Counted from the first letter of the stretch, positions 18,504 to 29,131 are shown. The stretch is DNA of 48,473 bases from an uncultured Bacilli bacterium (GCA_944358525.1 CALVRI010000005.1:1-48473), one strand, 5' to 3'. A program made the numbers and translations. The notes: generated by a model not told the origin, from the letters alone.

Positions 18504-20021
18504 CTAAATTTTCTTATATAATTTAGACTTTCTTAAAGACCTCATCATCATATCAAAATTAGGTATTTGTAGGTTATCTACAGCCATATCATTATCATCT
18601 TCTATAACTTGTAAATTAACCCCTATCATAAGTTTATATTTAATAACTGTATCTAATGTTGATTGAATATCTAAAATATTTAAATTATCCACTAAATCAG
18701 TAGATTCATCACTCTTCATCTCTCTAACCAGTTTTGGTCTTTCAACTTCACTTATAACTTTAATAGGACTATCACTTAAAGGTTCTATCTCATGCTTTAA
18801 CAAATCAGGTTTATCTTCAATTTTAGTCTTTTGATTAACTTCTTTAACACCTTTAATAAACTTATTTGCAAAGTGAGCAACATTACTTGAAGTTTCTTTA
18901 ATTTCATCTTTTCTATTCAAAATATTATCAAACGAAACTTTTGCACCATCTTCCATCGGCTTAAATAAATCCGGCTTTTCTTTTACCATAGAAGATATAG
19001 GTTCACTTTTCTCCTTAGGTAATAACACCCCTTTATCCTTATTCTTGCGTTTTTTCTTTAATGATCTATCTTCTAAATTATTCTTCGCATTTTTAATAGC
19101 CTTACCCATATCTCCAATTTTTTCTTTTAAAAAAGGTTTAGGCTCATCACTAATTATTAAAGTATTCTCTTTAATCGGTTTATTAACAGTTGTATCCTCT
19201 AAAATAGTAGGTCCAAACATTTTTTCAAATTCATTATTATATTTTTCCTCTGAAACATTAAGTGTTACTGACTCTAACTTATCCACATCAAACTTAAATG
19301 GTTTTAACTTTGGCTTACTAGTATTACTTTTATCAGCAATATTGATATAACCAACCTTAGTATTATCAATCTTAATATTTTTAATTAACCCAAGTGTATT
19401 TTTAGTCTTAGTTTTCTCAAGTGTAGTAATTTGTTCTTTAATCTCTTCTGCAAGCGGTGTACTTTTCTTATCTAAAATATCTGTAACCTTATTAATTCCA
19501 TTAATAATTAATATTGATATCACCTGTAATGCAAATGTTCCAATTAATAGCTGCATAAGTGTTAAAACATCATTATTAGAATAAAGTGCATTATCTGCAT
19601 ATATATTGATATTTTTAGACCTAACTATAGTCAATATTAATACAAATAACATTTGTATAATAGCAAAACCGGTAATATTAATAATCTTATTAATCTTAAA
19701 CATTTTCTTACTGAAAAAACTAATTAATGCAATTGCTGAACAAAGAACAACAACAACAAATAAAGTAATAAAATTAGGAAAATAAAGAGTCATAAATAAA
19801 CCATTCATTAAATTATCAAAAAGTTCAAATATTACTTCTCCACCAATATATAAAACAAACACAATAACTAACAAATAAACAAACACAAAAGCCTTTTTAC
19901 CATGTTTTTTTTGCAAAAGAAATATAATTGCTGGAACCAAAAGGATAATAATAAAAAGGGGGTGCTCAAAAATATTATCAAAAAGTACTTTAAACTTATC
20001 TATAAGTGATAACTGTTCCAA
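18504..20021 (-). CDS. hypothetical membrane protein (N-terminal TM bundle, Lys/Glu-rich soluble C-terminus)
   Basis: About 5 hydrophobic segments in the first 175 aa; GAGGTGG SD, TTG start. Confidence 0.7.
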   Translation of the reverse strand: MEQLSLIDKFKVLFDNIFEHPLFIIILLVPAIIFLLQKKHGKKAFVFVYLLVIVFVLYIGGEVIFELFDNLMNGLFMTLYFPNFITLFVVVVLCSAIALISFFSKKMFKINKIINITGFAIIQMLFVLILTIVRSKNINIYADNALYSNNDVLTLMQLLIGTFALQVISILIINGINKVTDILDKKSTPLAEEIKEQITTLEKTKTKNTLGLIKNIKIDNTKVGYINIADKSNTSKPKLKPFKFDVDKLESVTLNVSEEKYNNEFEKMFGPTILEDTTVNKPIKENTLIISDEPKPFLKEKIGDMGKAIKNAKNNLEDRSLKKKRKNKDKGVLLPKEKSEPISSMVKEKPDLFKPMEDGAKVSFDNILNRKDEIKETSSNVAHFANKFIKGVKEVNQKTKIEDKPDLLKHEIEPLSDSPIKVISEVERPKLVREMKSDESTDLVDNLNILDIQSTLDTVIKYKLMIGVNLQVIEDDNDMAVDNLQIPNFDMMMRSLRKSKLYKKI

Positions 20022-20056
20022 ACTCCCACCTCATTTCTATAAACATTTTACCATAT

Positions 20057-21709
20057 TTATACATTTTTTTTAATTCTTTTTAAACCTTTAAATTTAGAAA
20101 TTATCTTCTCTACAAAATCCTTTCCCACTATTTCAGAAATGGTATTAGATTTATATGCAACAAAGAAATAAATAATCACTCCAATAACCCCATATAAAAT
20201 AATATACAAAATTGAACCCATTCTTGATATCGAAAAACTTGGTATAAACAAATTCAAAATTGATAAACCTAAAACCATAATTAATGTACATAATAAAACT
20301 TTAATTAAAGTTCTAGCAGCTTTTAAATAACTAATATTAGTCTGTTTCTTAACTTTATAAAGTAAATAAATTGAAGCTGTAGTATCAATAAGTATATTTA
20401 AACTAATTGTCGCATAATATGACTCTAAACCAAGTACATGAAATAAATGCATAAACGGTACATTAAGCAATATTTTAAGTATCAAAGACCCACCTAAAGC
20501 CGTAATGGTAGCTTTAGTATTATTCATTGTCTGATTAGTATTTACCATAACAGAACAAATAGAAAGTGGTATTTGTGATAATATTAATAATTTAAATATA
20601 GAACTATTAAGTTCATCATAACCATAAAATACTGTCCAAACAGCTGATGACATAAAACTAATACCAACAGAAAGCGGTATTGTTACCAAAAATAAAGTCT
20701 GTAATGCTTGTGTAATCTTTCCGTTTACTTCCTTAGTATTTCGAACTGCCCAGGCAGAAGCAATTGTCGGAATTAAACTCGTAATAATACCAGTTGAAAT
20801 AGACATAACTATCATATTAAGTTTAGAACCCCATGTTTGAATAACACTAACTACATTTTCACTAATAGCCGTTGTATAACCCAAACCAACTAATCCTTTA
20901 ACAACTGTAAATACATCAACCATTACATAAATAGATTGTAAAAGTGAAATAATAACAAAAGGCATTGCATAAAAAATAATTTTTTTTACTAAATCTTTAT
21001 TAGTAATTTTCCTTTCATTTAAAGTTGCTTTTTCATTACGTTTTAAATCCTTACTTTTTTTTATTTTCATAAATACATAAAAATAAGCAACCAAAGCTCC
21101 AACTGTGGCTCCAAAAACAGCAACCCCTACAGCTGTATTTAAAGATAAATGAAAAACTTTTAAAGTTAAAAAACTACCAGCTAAAATAACAATAACCCGA
21201 GCTAACTGTTCTAAAATATCAGCCACCGAAGACACCTGCATAATCTTATGTCCTTGTAAATATCCCTTCGAAACACTTAAAAATGGAACAACCAAAACAG
21301 CTGTTGAAATTACTCTAATAACCATTGTAACATCTTCTACAGTATTTCCTCCTTCTACACCACCAATAATCATATTAGCTAAAGTAGGTGCAAAAATAAA
21401 TAACACTAAAAAAGAAATAACACATAAAATAGAAATAACTTTTAAACCTATCTTAAAAACTCTTTCCTTAGTACTATAAAATTTCATTTCATTATATTCA
21501 CTAACCACTTTACTCATAGCTACTGGAATACCAGATGTCGCTAAATTTAAAAACACATTATAAATGGAATAAGCGTAACTATATAAAGCTCCACCTTGTG
21601 TTCCAATAATTGCATAAAATGGAATAACATATACAAGACCAATAACTTTACAAATAACAATTCCTAACACAGAAATTGCAGCTCCCGCCAAAAAGCCAGA
21701 TCTTTTCAT
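20057..21709 (-). CDS. murJ: MOP flippase, YtgP/MurJ-like lipid II flippase
   Basis: GLVYVIPF, GGALY, FLNLATSGIPVAMSK, GYLQGH and EQLARV closely follow B. subtilis YtgP; about 14 TM. Confidence 0.8.
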   Translation of the reverse strand: MKRSGFLAGAAISVLGIVICKVIGLVYVIPFYAIIGTQGGALYSYAYSIYNVFLNLATSGIPVAMSKVVSEYNEMKFYSTKERVFKIGLKVISILCVISFLVLFIFAPTLANMIIGGVEGGNTVEDVTMVIRVISTAVLVVPFLSVSKGYLQGHKIMQVSSVADILEQLARVIVILAGSFLTLKVFHLSLNTAVGVAVFGATVGALVAYFYVFMKIKKSKDLKRNEKATLNERKITNKDLVKKIIFYAMPFVIISLLQSIYVMVDVFTVVKGLVGLGYTTAISENVVSVIQTWGSKLNMIVMSISTGIITSLIPTIASAWAVRNTKEVNGKITQALQTLFLVTIPLSVGISFMSSAVWTVFYGYDELNSSIFKLLILSQIPLSICSVMVNTNQTMNNTKATITALGGSLILKILLNVPFMHLFHVLGLESYYATISLNILIDTTASIYLLYKVKKQTNISYLKAARTLIKVLLCTLIMVLGLSILNLFIPSFSISRMGSILYIILYGVIGVIIYFFVAYKSNTISEIVGKDFVEKIISKFKGLKRIKKNV

Positions 21710-21717
21710 AACAACAC

Positions 21718-21885
21718 CTACCTATAAACAACTAAAGCCGAAAAACAATATATTTGTTCTTCGGATACTGCTACAGCAGTTGAAAATTTTATATCAATTA
21801 TTTCAGGATCTTCATTCAAAATAAAATTATTAATTGATTCTTCTAAATCTTTTTCATGACTTTCATCAAAAACTTTTACTTTCAT
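21718..21885 (-). CDS. cse60: sporulation protein Cse60 (DUF2758), 55 aa
   Basis: Absent from the ORF track. Manual translation MKVKVFDESHEKDLEESINNFILNEDPEIIDIKFSTAVAVSEEQIYCFSALVVYR; GGTGA SD; HEKDLE and IYCFSA match Bacillus Cse60/YteV. Confidence 0.88.
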   Translation of the reverse strand: MKVKVFDESHEKDLEESINNFILNEDPEIIDIKFSTAVAVSEEQIYCFSALVVYR

Positions 21886-21955
21886 ATTATATCACCATTT
21901 AGAATATAACAAAAGTTTTGATATCAAAATGTCAAAAAAAGGAGAGTTTATCTCC

Positions 21956-23167
21956 TTATCTATTACCATAATATGACGTAAAATAAACTCCTTTTGATGG
22001 AATATTTTTAATATAATTGTTTGGATTCTGTCTTCCACTATTTGTAGTATGTAATCCATTAAATACATTCAAATGAACATGAACACCAAAAGCACACTCA
22101 TCTTCACGATTAAGGCCACCCATAGAGCCTAATTTAGTATCTGGATAAACAACTTGATTTTTCTTAACATTAACGCTTGTCATATGCCAATAAGAAGTCG
22201 TATAACCAAGTCCATTATGATAAACATAAACAATATGATTACCACACTGTCTATTTTTAGAAGGATATCTTATTGCAACAACAGTTCCAGAAGCCACCGG
22301 ATAAACAGGATCACCATAATTACTATTAGAAAAATCTACACCAGTATGAAAATCTTCTAAAGAACCATTACCATCCAAATCACGATAACCATAAGCACTA
22401 GACACTCTACCTTTAGCAATCGGCATATATGTATTACCAGTAACTACTATTCCTCCTGGTCTTGAATTATCAAGTTTTCTTTGACATTGAGTAAGTGTTT
22501 CATCATCATCACAGCCAAGTGACTTTAAATTATTAATCATACTAATAGTTACTTTATATTCCTCATCTTTATCAAGCATACCCTCAGTTATATTTTCAAT
22601 TTCTTTATTAAGTCTAGCTTCTAAGACCGCAAGTTGTTGTTGTTTTGTATTAAGTTCTTGTTGTTTAGTGCTTAACTCTGATTTTTTATTATCTAATTCT
22701 TTAACATCGTTATTATATTCTTCAATAAGTTTTTCATTGTAATCTCCAAGTTGTTCAGCAACAGAAATTCTATATATAAAATCAGTAAAATCAGTTGCTC
22801 CAAAAATATATTCCAAATAATTAGAATCACCATTAGTAACCTGAACAAAACTCATAATCTCTTTCATCTGTTCATCTTTTTTATCAATATCCTTTTGAAT
22901 TTGTTCAATCTGATTAGAAATAGATTCTAATTGATTTTCTATACTAGAAATCTCACTCTCTACTTGTTTTTTTTGTTTTTGCGCTTGATTCCTTTCAGCT
23001 TCAGTAAGCTCTTTTTCCGCTTTAGCCGCATTATAAGCTTTTCTATTTGCTTCTGCTTCAGCTTTTAACTGTCCTAATGTCTTTTCTGCTGCCGCATAAC
23101 TTGTTGGTAAAGACATACTAAATAACACAACACCTATTAAAAGTATACTAAATAATTTTATCTTCAT
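21956..23167 (-). CDS. secreted coiled-coil plus M23 peptidase (CwlO/PcsB/EnvC-like wall hydrolase)
   Basis: Signal peptide, long coiled coil with YLEYIFGATDFTDFI, HTGVD, YWHM, HVH. Confidence 0.88.
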   Translation of the reverse strand: MKIKLFSILLIGVVLFSMSLPTSYAAAEKTLGQLKAEAEANRKAYNAAKAEKELTEAERNQAQKQKKQVESEISSIENQLESISNQIEQIQKDIDKKDEQMKEIMSFVQVTNGDSNYLEYIFGATDFTDFIYRISVAEQLGDYNEKLIEEYNNDVKELDNKKSELSTKQQELNTKQQQLAVLEARLNKEIENITEGMLDKDEEYKVTISMINNLKSLGCDDDETLTQCQRKLDNSRPGGIVVTGNTYMPIAKGRVSSAYGYRDLDGNGSLEDFHTGVDFSNSNYGDPVYPVASGTVVAIRYPSKNRQCGNHIVYVYHNGLGYTTSYWHMTSVNVKKNQVVYPDTKLGSMGGLNREDECAFGVHVHLNVFNGLHTTNSGRQNPNNYIKNIPSKGVYFTSYYGNR

Positions 23168-23180
23168 ATATCAAACCACC

Positions 23181-23825
23181 TCATTCTTTTAAAATTGCCA
23201 CAGATTTTTTATAATCGGGCATATGTAACCTTACCGTTTCCCAAAATTCTCTAGAATGATCAAAGTGTACAAAATGTGAAAGTTCATGAATAATTACATA
23301 GTCAATTTCGTGTAATGAATACTTAATTAACTTGGAATTCAAAGTAACTGAATTATCTCTTTTATTACAAACACCCCATCTTGTCTTCATACTTCTGATT
23401 TTAAGCTTAGGGAAAGGAATATCTTCATCAAACAAATTATAATTATATTCTAACCTTTCTGTAAAAACCCTTTTTGTTTCCTTTTTTAACCATTTTTCTA
23501 AAGTCTTTGCATCTTTAACAAAAATCTTGCCATCACTAACATCCGTATTTTCAAATGGTACTAATATTATATCATATTTTTCACCAAGATAATAAAAAAG
23601 GTCTTCTTTTTCCAACTTTTTCCTAGTTCTTGACAATGCATTGCGTAAAAATTCCTTTTCATTATCGAGTATTGTTTTAATCTCCCTTTTACTGGTCAAA
23701 TAATTTGTTGTAACATAAATAGTTAAATCATCTTTTATTTTTATGTAAGTATTTTTATTATTTTTTTTAACAATCAACACTTTATAAGTATATCCATCTA
23801 ATTTATAATCAAATGTTATTTCCAT
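23181..23825 (-). CDS. YgjP/DUF45 (SprT-like) metal-dependent hydrolase
   Basis: MKTRWGVC, DYVIIHELSH, HSREFW; start moved to ATG 23825. Confidence 0.88.
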   Translation of the reverse strand: MEITFDYKLDGYTYKVLIVKKNNKNTYIKIKDDLTIYVTTNYLTSKREIKTILDNEKEFLRNALSRTRKKLEKEDLFYYLGEKYDIILVPFENTDVSDGKIFVKDAKTLEKWLKKETKRVFTERLEYNYNLFDEDIPFPKLKIRSMKTRWGVCNKRDNSVTLNSKLIKYSLHEIDYVIIHELSHFVHFDHSREFWETVRLHMPDYKKSVAILKE

Positions 23826-23873
23826 CTTACCACCATATACAATTCTACCACAAAACATATGAAAAGAAAAAGG

Positions 23874-24272
23874 CTAAGCCTTTTCATCTAACATAGATGT
23901 ACAATGTGAACATCTAGTAGCATTTATATCAATTTCACTAAAACAATAAGGACATTTTTTAGTTGTTAGCTTTTCTTTCTCTTTACTTCCTAAATGTTTA
24001 AGTTTATTAAGAGCCTTCACTATACAAAATAGTACAAATGCCATAATAAAGAAATTTATTAAAGCAGTTGCAAAAGCCGAAACAAATCCTGCCACATCCT
24101 GTGCATTATAGCGCGCTCCACCAGTCACAACATTTAAAATTGGATTAATCAAATTATCTGTAAGTGAAGTTACAATTCCAGAAAAAGCCGTACCAATAAC
24201 CACACCGACAGCCATATCTACCATATTACCTTTTAAAGCAAAAGTTTTAAATTCATCAATAAATTTTTTCAT
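23874..24272 (-). CDS. mscL: large-conductance mechanosensitive channel with a C-terminal zinc ribbon
   Basis: EFKTFALKGNMVDMAVGVVIG, CPYC...CSHC tail; start moved to ATG 24272. Confidence 0.93.
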   Translation of the reverse strand: MKKFIDEFKTFALKGNMVDMAVGVVIGTAFSGIVTSLTDNLINPILNVVTGGARYNAQDVAGFVSAFATALINFFIMAFVLFCIVKALNKLKHLGSKEKEKLTTKKCPYCFSEIDINATRCSHCTSMLDEKA

Positions 24273-24331
24273 AAAACCAACTTCTTTCAAAAACATTATA
24301 TCACAAAATAAAAACTACTCGAAAGTAGTTT

Positions 24332-25951
24332 TTATAGTAAAGTTATAATTCCACAAACTAGTAATACTAATAAAAATGCGATAAGTGCGAACTTCCAAAT
24401 GTATTTTATCCACTCTTTATAAGAAACATTGAATAGACTTAAGCCAGCAATTAAAATTACACTAGTTGGGAAAATAATCATACCAATTCCATAAACAGAT
24501 TGAACAAGAAGTCCAGCAACTGAAAGTGATGCTACATCAAAGCTTGACATAAATGTTGACATAGTAGCAAGCAAATAATATAAATCATTGTAGAAGAAAC
24601 TTCCTAATAATCCTGCAAAACCTGTTGTAAGAACATTAAATCCATCTGTAAGTCCAAATACTTTAGCATTAATTGTATCAACTAAAGTACCAGTTCCAGC
24701 ATATGAAGCTTGATATAGTACATATAAAATTACACTAGCTGAAGCTGCAAGAACAGCAGTTGGAAGCCACTTTTTCACACCACTAGCAAAACTATCGATG
24801 AATTCATTTAAACTCAATTTATAAATCCATGCAATAATACCAGCTGCAATAATCATTGCTCCAACAAGTTCAACATTACTCCAATATCCTAATTCTGAAA
24901 TACCACTCAATAAGTGTTCAAAAATTGGGAAATCTTTAATTTCAATACCCATAATAGCTTCATGAATATTGCTAAATACATCAACACCAAATGCATAATA
25001 CCAATTATACATACCAACTAAACAAAGTATTAACATTAGTGCAAATATAACAACTAAAGGCACTGCACTAATTTTAGATTTTGATGAAACCTTCTTAACT
25101 GGTTTAGTAACTGCAAATGCTTTAGTATTTGATTTACCTTTTGTAGTTTTCTTTTTAGCAGTAGTTTTTGTAGCTGCTTTTTTAGTAGTTGTAGGAGCTT
25201 TTTTATTACTAGAAGCTGCCTTTGTAGTCTTTTTAGTTGCCTTGGTCTCAGAAGCTTTAGTAGTTTTAGCTACTTTTACTTCCTTAACTTCTTTAACCTC
25301 TTTTTCAGTTTTATTCATTTTAGCCTCTTTTAATTCTTTTTTCATATTTTTCTTACTAGAAGTAAGTACCACAAAAATAAGTGTGATAATTAAAATAACT
25401 AATAAGATAACTTTTGCAACTATTTGATTACTCATATCAAGTCCTAATAAATTAGCTGTATAACCAGTAATATTAAAACCATAAGTAGATGCAATTGAAC
25501 CAACTAATAAAGAACCAACAGTTGAAACTAAAACTGTAACTTTATCATAATTCATTGCAAAAAGCACAGTCGCAAATAATGGTACTAAAATAAATAGTGG
25601 TAAAATTAGACCTGTAACTGATGAAAGAACAGTAAATAGGATAATTGTTAAAATCAAAAATCCTTTTTCTTTTCTTTTAAAGGCATGACCTATTTTTTCA
25701 GTAACTTTTTCTAATGCCCCAGTTTTTTCCATAACACCATAAAGTCCACCAATAGTAGCAAATACTACACCATATAAAATGAATGTAATAAATGATTGAA
25801 TAGGTGTATTAAATAAATCAATTAAACCTACAGGGTCAATTCCATTTGTTGTAAGTTCACCACTTGAATAAGTACCTACTGGAATAATCCAACTCAATAT
25901 AACAAAAATTAAGAAAGATATTCCTATTACCTTAAGTAATCTTCTTTTCAC
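24332..25951 (-). CDS. YfcC/DcuC-like ion-transporter superfamily protein with a central Lys/Thr/Ala-rich insert
   Basis: LSWIIPVG, IGGLYGVMEKTGA, PTSVIL...SYKEWIKYIWK; about 12 TM. Confidence 0.75.
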   Translation of the reverse strand: MKRRLLKVIGISFLIFVILSWIIPVGTYSSGELTTNGIDPVGLIDLFNTPIQSFITFILYGVVFATIGGLYGVMEKTGALEKVTEKIGHAFKRKEKGFLILTIILFTVLSSVTGLILPLFILVPLFATVLFAMNYDKVTVLVSTVGSLLVGSIASTYGFNITGYTANLLGLDMSNQIVAKVILLVILIITLIFVVLTSSKKNMKKELKEAKMNKTEKEVKEVKEVKVAKTTKASETKATKKTTKAASSNKKAPTTTKKAATKTTAKKKTTKGKSNTKAFAVTKPVKKVSSKSKISAVPLVVIFALMLILCLVGMYNWYYAFGVDVFSNIHEAIMGIEIKDFPIFEHLLSGISELGYWSNVELVGAMIIAAGIIAWIYKLSLNEFIDSFASGVKKWLPTAVLAASASVILYVLYQASYAGTGTLVDTINAKVFGLTDGFNVLTTGFAGLLGSFFYNDLYYLLATMSTFMSSFDVASLSVAGLLVQSVYGIGMIIFPTSVILIAGLSLFNVSYKEWIKYIWKFALIAFLLVLLVCGIITLL

Positions 25952-26070
25952 CTTTCTCTACCTCCCACTAGCATTATATCAAAAAACCCTTATAATATAA
26001 AGCATTTTTAAATAATTTTCATTATTTTTTCACAAAAGAAATATTGTGTTATAATAAACGAGGTGATTCT

Positions 26071-27003
26071 ATGAATAATTTTCCTTACTCAAATACCAAT
26101 AAAAGATATCATACCCTAGACTATTTTTATAAACAAAAATTTGGCGAAAAGGTATGTAAAATAAGCCTAAACGCAGGTTTTACATGTCCTAATATTGATG
26201 GAACTTTATCTAAAAATGGTTGTATTTACTGCTCTAAATCAGGTAGTGGTGAATATGGTGGTAACCCAAAAGAAGATTTAATAAAACAGTTTAATGAAAT
26301 AAAAAAAGTTATGAATAAAAAATGGCCAAACACAAAATATATAGGTTACTTTCAAGCAAGAACAAATACTTATGCTCCAATAAACATCCTAAAAGAAAAA
26401 TATGAAATAATTTTAAAGCAAAAAAATGTAGTTGGTCTATCTATTGCCACTAGACCAGACTCTATAACAGATGAATGTTTAAATTATCTAGAAGACTTAA
26501 ATAAAAGAACATTTTTAACTATCGAATTAGGTCTTCAAACAATCCATGAAAAAACATCTAAAATAATAAATAGATGTCACGACTTAAATTGCTTTGAAGA
26601 AACCCTAAAAAAATTACAATCAAGAAATATATTTACTGTCGTACATATCATAAATGGCTTGCCTGGAGAAACTAAAGAAATGATGATAGAAACAGTAAAA
26701 TATTTAAATAAATTAAATATTGATGGAATTAAAATTCATATGCTTTCTGTTTTAAAAAATACACCATTAGAAAAATATTATAAAATTAAACCATTTCATA
26801 TTTTAACAAAAGAAGAATATATAGATATTGTAATTTGTCAATTAGAAAATTTAAATCCTAAAATAGTAATTCAAAGACTAACTGGAGACCCTATGAAAGA
26901 AGAATTAATCGCTCCTCTTTGGACAACCAAAAAAGTGGGTGTCCTAAATGACATCGACAAAGAAATGGTTAAAAGAAATACTTATCAAGGAATAAATTGT
27001 TAA
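26071..27003 (+). CDS. TIGR01212 (YhcC/YtqA) radical SAM protein
   Basis: GFTCPNIDG...GCIYC, TRPD, ELGLQT, HIINGLPGE, RLTGD; start moved to ATG 26071 behind GAGGTGA. Confidence 0.92.
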   Translation: MNNFPYSNTNKRYHTLDYFYKQKFGEKVCKISLNAGFTCPNIDGTLSKNGCIYCSKSGSGEYGGNPKEDLIKQFNEIKKVMNKKWPNTKYIGYFQARTNTYAPINILKEKYEIILKQKNVVGLSIATRPDSITDECLNYLEDLNKRTFLTIELGLQTIHEKTSKIINRCHDLNCFEETLKKLQSRNIFTVVHIINGLPGETKEMMIETVKYLNKLNIDGIKIHMLSVLKNTPLEKYYKIKPFHILTKEEYIDIVICQLENLNPKIVIQRLTGDPMKEELIAPLWTTKKVGVLNDIDKEMVKRNTYQGINC

Positions 27004-27036
27004 AACATTAAATTACATTTTTTACAAAGCAAATTC

Positions 27037-29073
27037 CTAGTGAATGAAAAATAATCGAATAATAAAACACAAACCTATTCCAATAATTAAAGGTATAATA
27101 AATGAAATAAAAGCCCATTTCCATTTTCCTGTCTCTTTCTTAATTGTAACCAAAGTAGTTAAACAAGGAAAATGAAAAAGTGAAAATAACATTACACAAA
27201 TTGCTGTCACATATGTCCAACCATTATTTACAAACAATTCTTTAAGTAAATTTAAATCATTCATATCTGTAATCATCCCAAGTGACATATACCCCATTAT
27301 CATAATTGGAATAACTATTTCATTAGCCGGAAAACCTAAAATAAATGCCATAATAATTACCCCATCTAATCCAATAAACTTTCCAAATGGATCTAAAAAA
27401 TCAGAAAAAATTTTAAGTAAACTTACACCATTAATAGCAACATTTGAAAAAATCCAAATTACTAAACCTGCTGGAGCTGAAACACATACAGCTCTTTTTA
27501 AAACAAATAAAGTTCTATCTATAAGTGACCTTACTAAAACCTTCCCAATTTGTGGCCTTCTATAAGGTGGAAGCTCTAAAGTAAATGATGATGGAACTCC
27601 TTTTAAAATAGTATTAGAAAGAATTTTAGAAACTATAAAAGTAACTATTACTCCAACTAAAATAAAAATTAATAAAATGAAAGCCCTCATCAACCCAGAA
27701 CTATTATTAGTTACTAAAAACATTGTAATTAAAGAAATCAAAAGTGGAAATCTTCCATTACACGGAACAAAACTGTTCGTAATTATAGCAATTAACCTTT
27801 CTCTTGGCGAATCAATTATTCTAGCACCAGTAACCCCAACCGCATTACATCCAAAACCCATAACCATCGTTAATGCTTGCTTACCGCATGATGAACATTT
27901 TTCAAATGACTTATCTAAATTAAAAGCAATTCTAGGAAGCACACCAAAATCTTCAAGCAAAGTAAAAAGTGGAAAAAATATAGCCATCGGTGGAAGCATA
28001 ACAGCCACTACCCATGCTAATACCCTATAAACTCCATGAACAAACATATCAGTAAACCATATAGGCAAATGAATATTTACTAAAAAATTATACAAAATAT
28101 CTTCAAATTCAAAAAACTTTTCATATAAAAAATCAGAAGGAATATTTGCTAAAGTAATAGTAATCCATAAAATTAAAAACAAAAGACATAACATGATTGG
28201 AATGCCAGTTATCTTATTTGTTAAATATTTATCAATAATTCTTTCCTTTTTATCATAATTATCCTTATTATATTTAACAACTCTTTTACAAATAGAATAA
28301 CTTTTTTCATTGATTGTTTCTGTAATAATAGTATCTATATCATCATAATTAATTCCCCTACTTTTAAAACCATTCAAAATATCTTCTTTAATATATTTAG
28401 CCTCTAAATTTCTCATTAAATTTGTTTTATATTTATAATCAAAAGCATTTATAAAATCATAATCGCTAGCTAAATACCTAAGCAACACATTTTCACTATT
28501 AACTAAATTTTTAGGAATAAACTTTTCTAATTTTTTTATATCTTTTAAAATAAAATTATCATAATTTATTTTTACATATCCTTCTTTTTTTAAACTAACA
28601 AGCTTAACCTTATCTAATAAATCATTAAAACCTTTTTTATCTCTAGCTATAGCTCCTACCACCGGTACTCCTAATAATAAAGATAATTTTCGAAGATCAA
28701 CATCAATCTTTTTCTTTTTAGCTTCATCCAACAAATTAACACACACTACCACCTTATCAGTAATTTCTAATACTTGTAAAACCAAATTCAAATTTCTCTC
28801 TAAAGCTGTCGCATCACAAACAACTATTAATGCATCATAATCATCAAAATAAACAAAATTTCTAGTAACATCTTCTTCCTTAGAATGTGCTAGTAAAGAA
28901 TACGTTCCAGGTAAATCTTCAAACTGATAACTCATTCCATTATAAACCTTATATCCTGTTGCTTTAGCCACAGTTTTACCAGGCCAATTACCTGTATGTT
29001 GCCGCATTCCAGTAAGCCCATTAAATATGGTACTTTTTCCAACATTAGGATTTCCTATTAAACCAACCCTCAT
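27037..29073 (-). CDS. feoB: ferrous iron transport protein B
   Basis: GNPNVGKS, GNWPGKTV, DLPGTYS, MGFGCN, PCNGRFP, ELPPYR, PCLTT. Confidence 0.95.
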   Translation of the reverse strand: MRVGLIGNPNVGKSTIFNGLTGMRQHTGNWPGKTVAKATGYKVYNGMSYQFEDLPGTYSLLAHSKEEDVTRNFVYFDDYDALIVVCDATALERNLNLVLQVLEITDKVVVCVNLLDEAKKKKIDVDLRKLSLLLGVPVVGAIARDKKGFNDLLDKVKLVSLKKEGYVKINYDNFILKDIKKLEKFIPKNLVNSENVLLRYLASDYDFINAFDYKYKTNLMRNLEAKYIKEDILNGFKSRGINYDDIDTIITETINEKSYSICKRVVKYNKDNYDKKERIIDKYLTNKITGIPIMLCLLFLILWITITLANIPSDFLYEKFFEFEDILYNFLVNIHLPIWFTDMFVHGVYRVLAWVVAVMLPPMAIFFPLFTLLEDFGVLPRIAFNLDKSFEKCSSCGKQALTMVMGFGCNAVGVTGARIIDSPRERLIAIITNSFVPCNGRFPLLISLITMFLVTNNSSGLMRAFILLIFILVGVIVTFIVSKILSNTILKGVPSSFTLELPPYRRPQIGKVLVRSLIDRTLFVLKRAVCVSAPAGLVIWIFSNVAINGVSLLKIFSDFLDPFGKFIGLDGVIIMAFILGFPANEIVIPIMIMGYMSLGMITDMNDLNLLKELFVNNGWTYVTAICVMLFSLFHFPCLTTLVTIKKETGKWKWAFISFIIPLIIGIGLCFIIRLFFIH

Positions 29074-29103
29074 TTAAACGCCCCACTTTACATTATTTCA
29101 TTT

Positions 29104-29131
29104 TATTATATGAAAAGAAACAAAAGAAGTG
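29104..29131 (-). promoter_or_regulatory. sigK-like promoter candidate for feoB
   Basis: CAC-N16-CATATAATA on the minus strand; also contains TATAAT, so sigma-A is possible. Confidence 0.4.
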
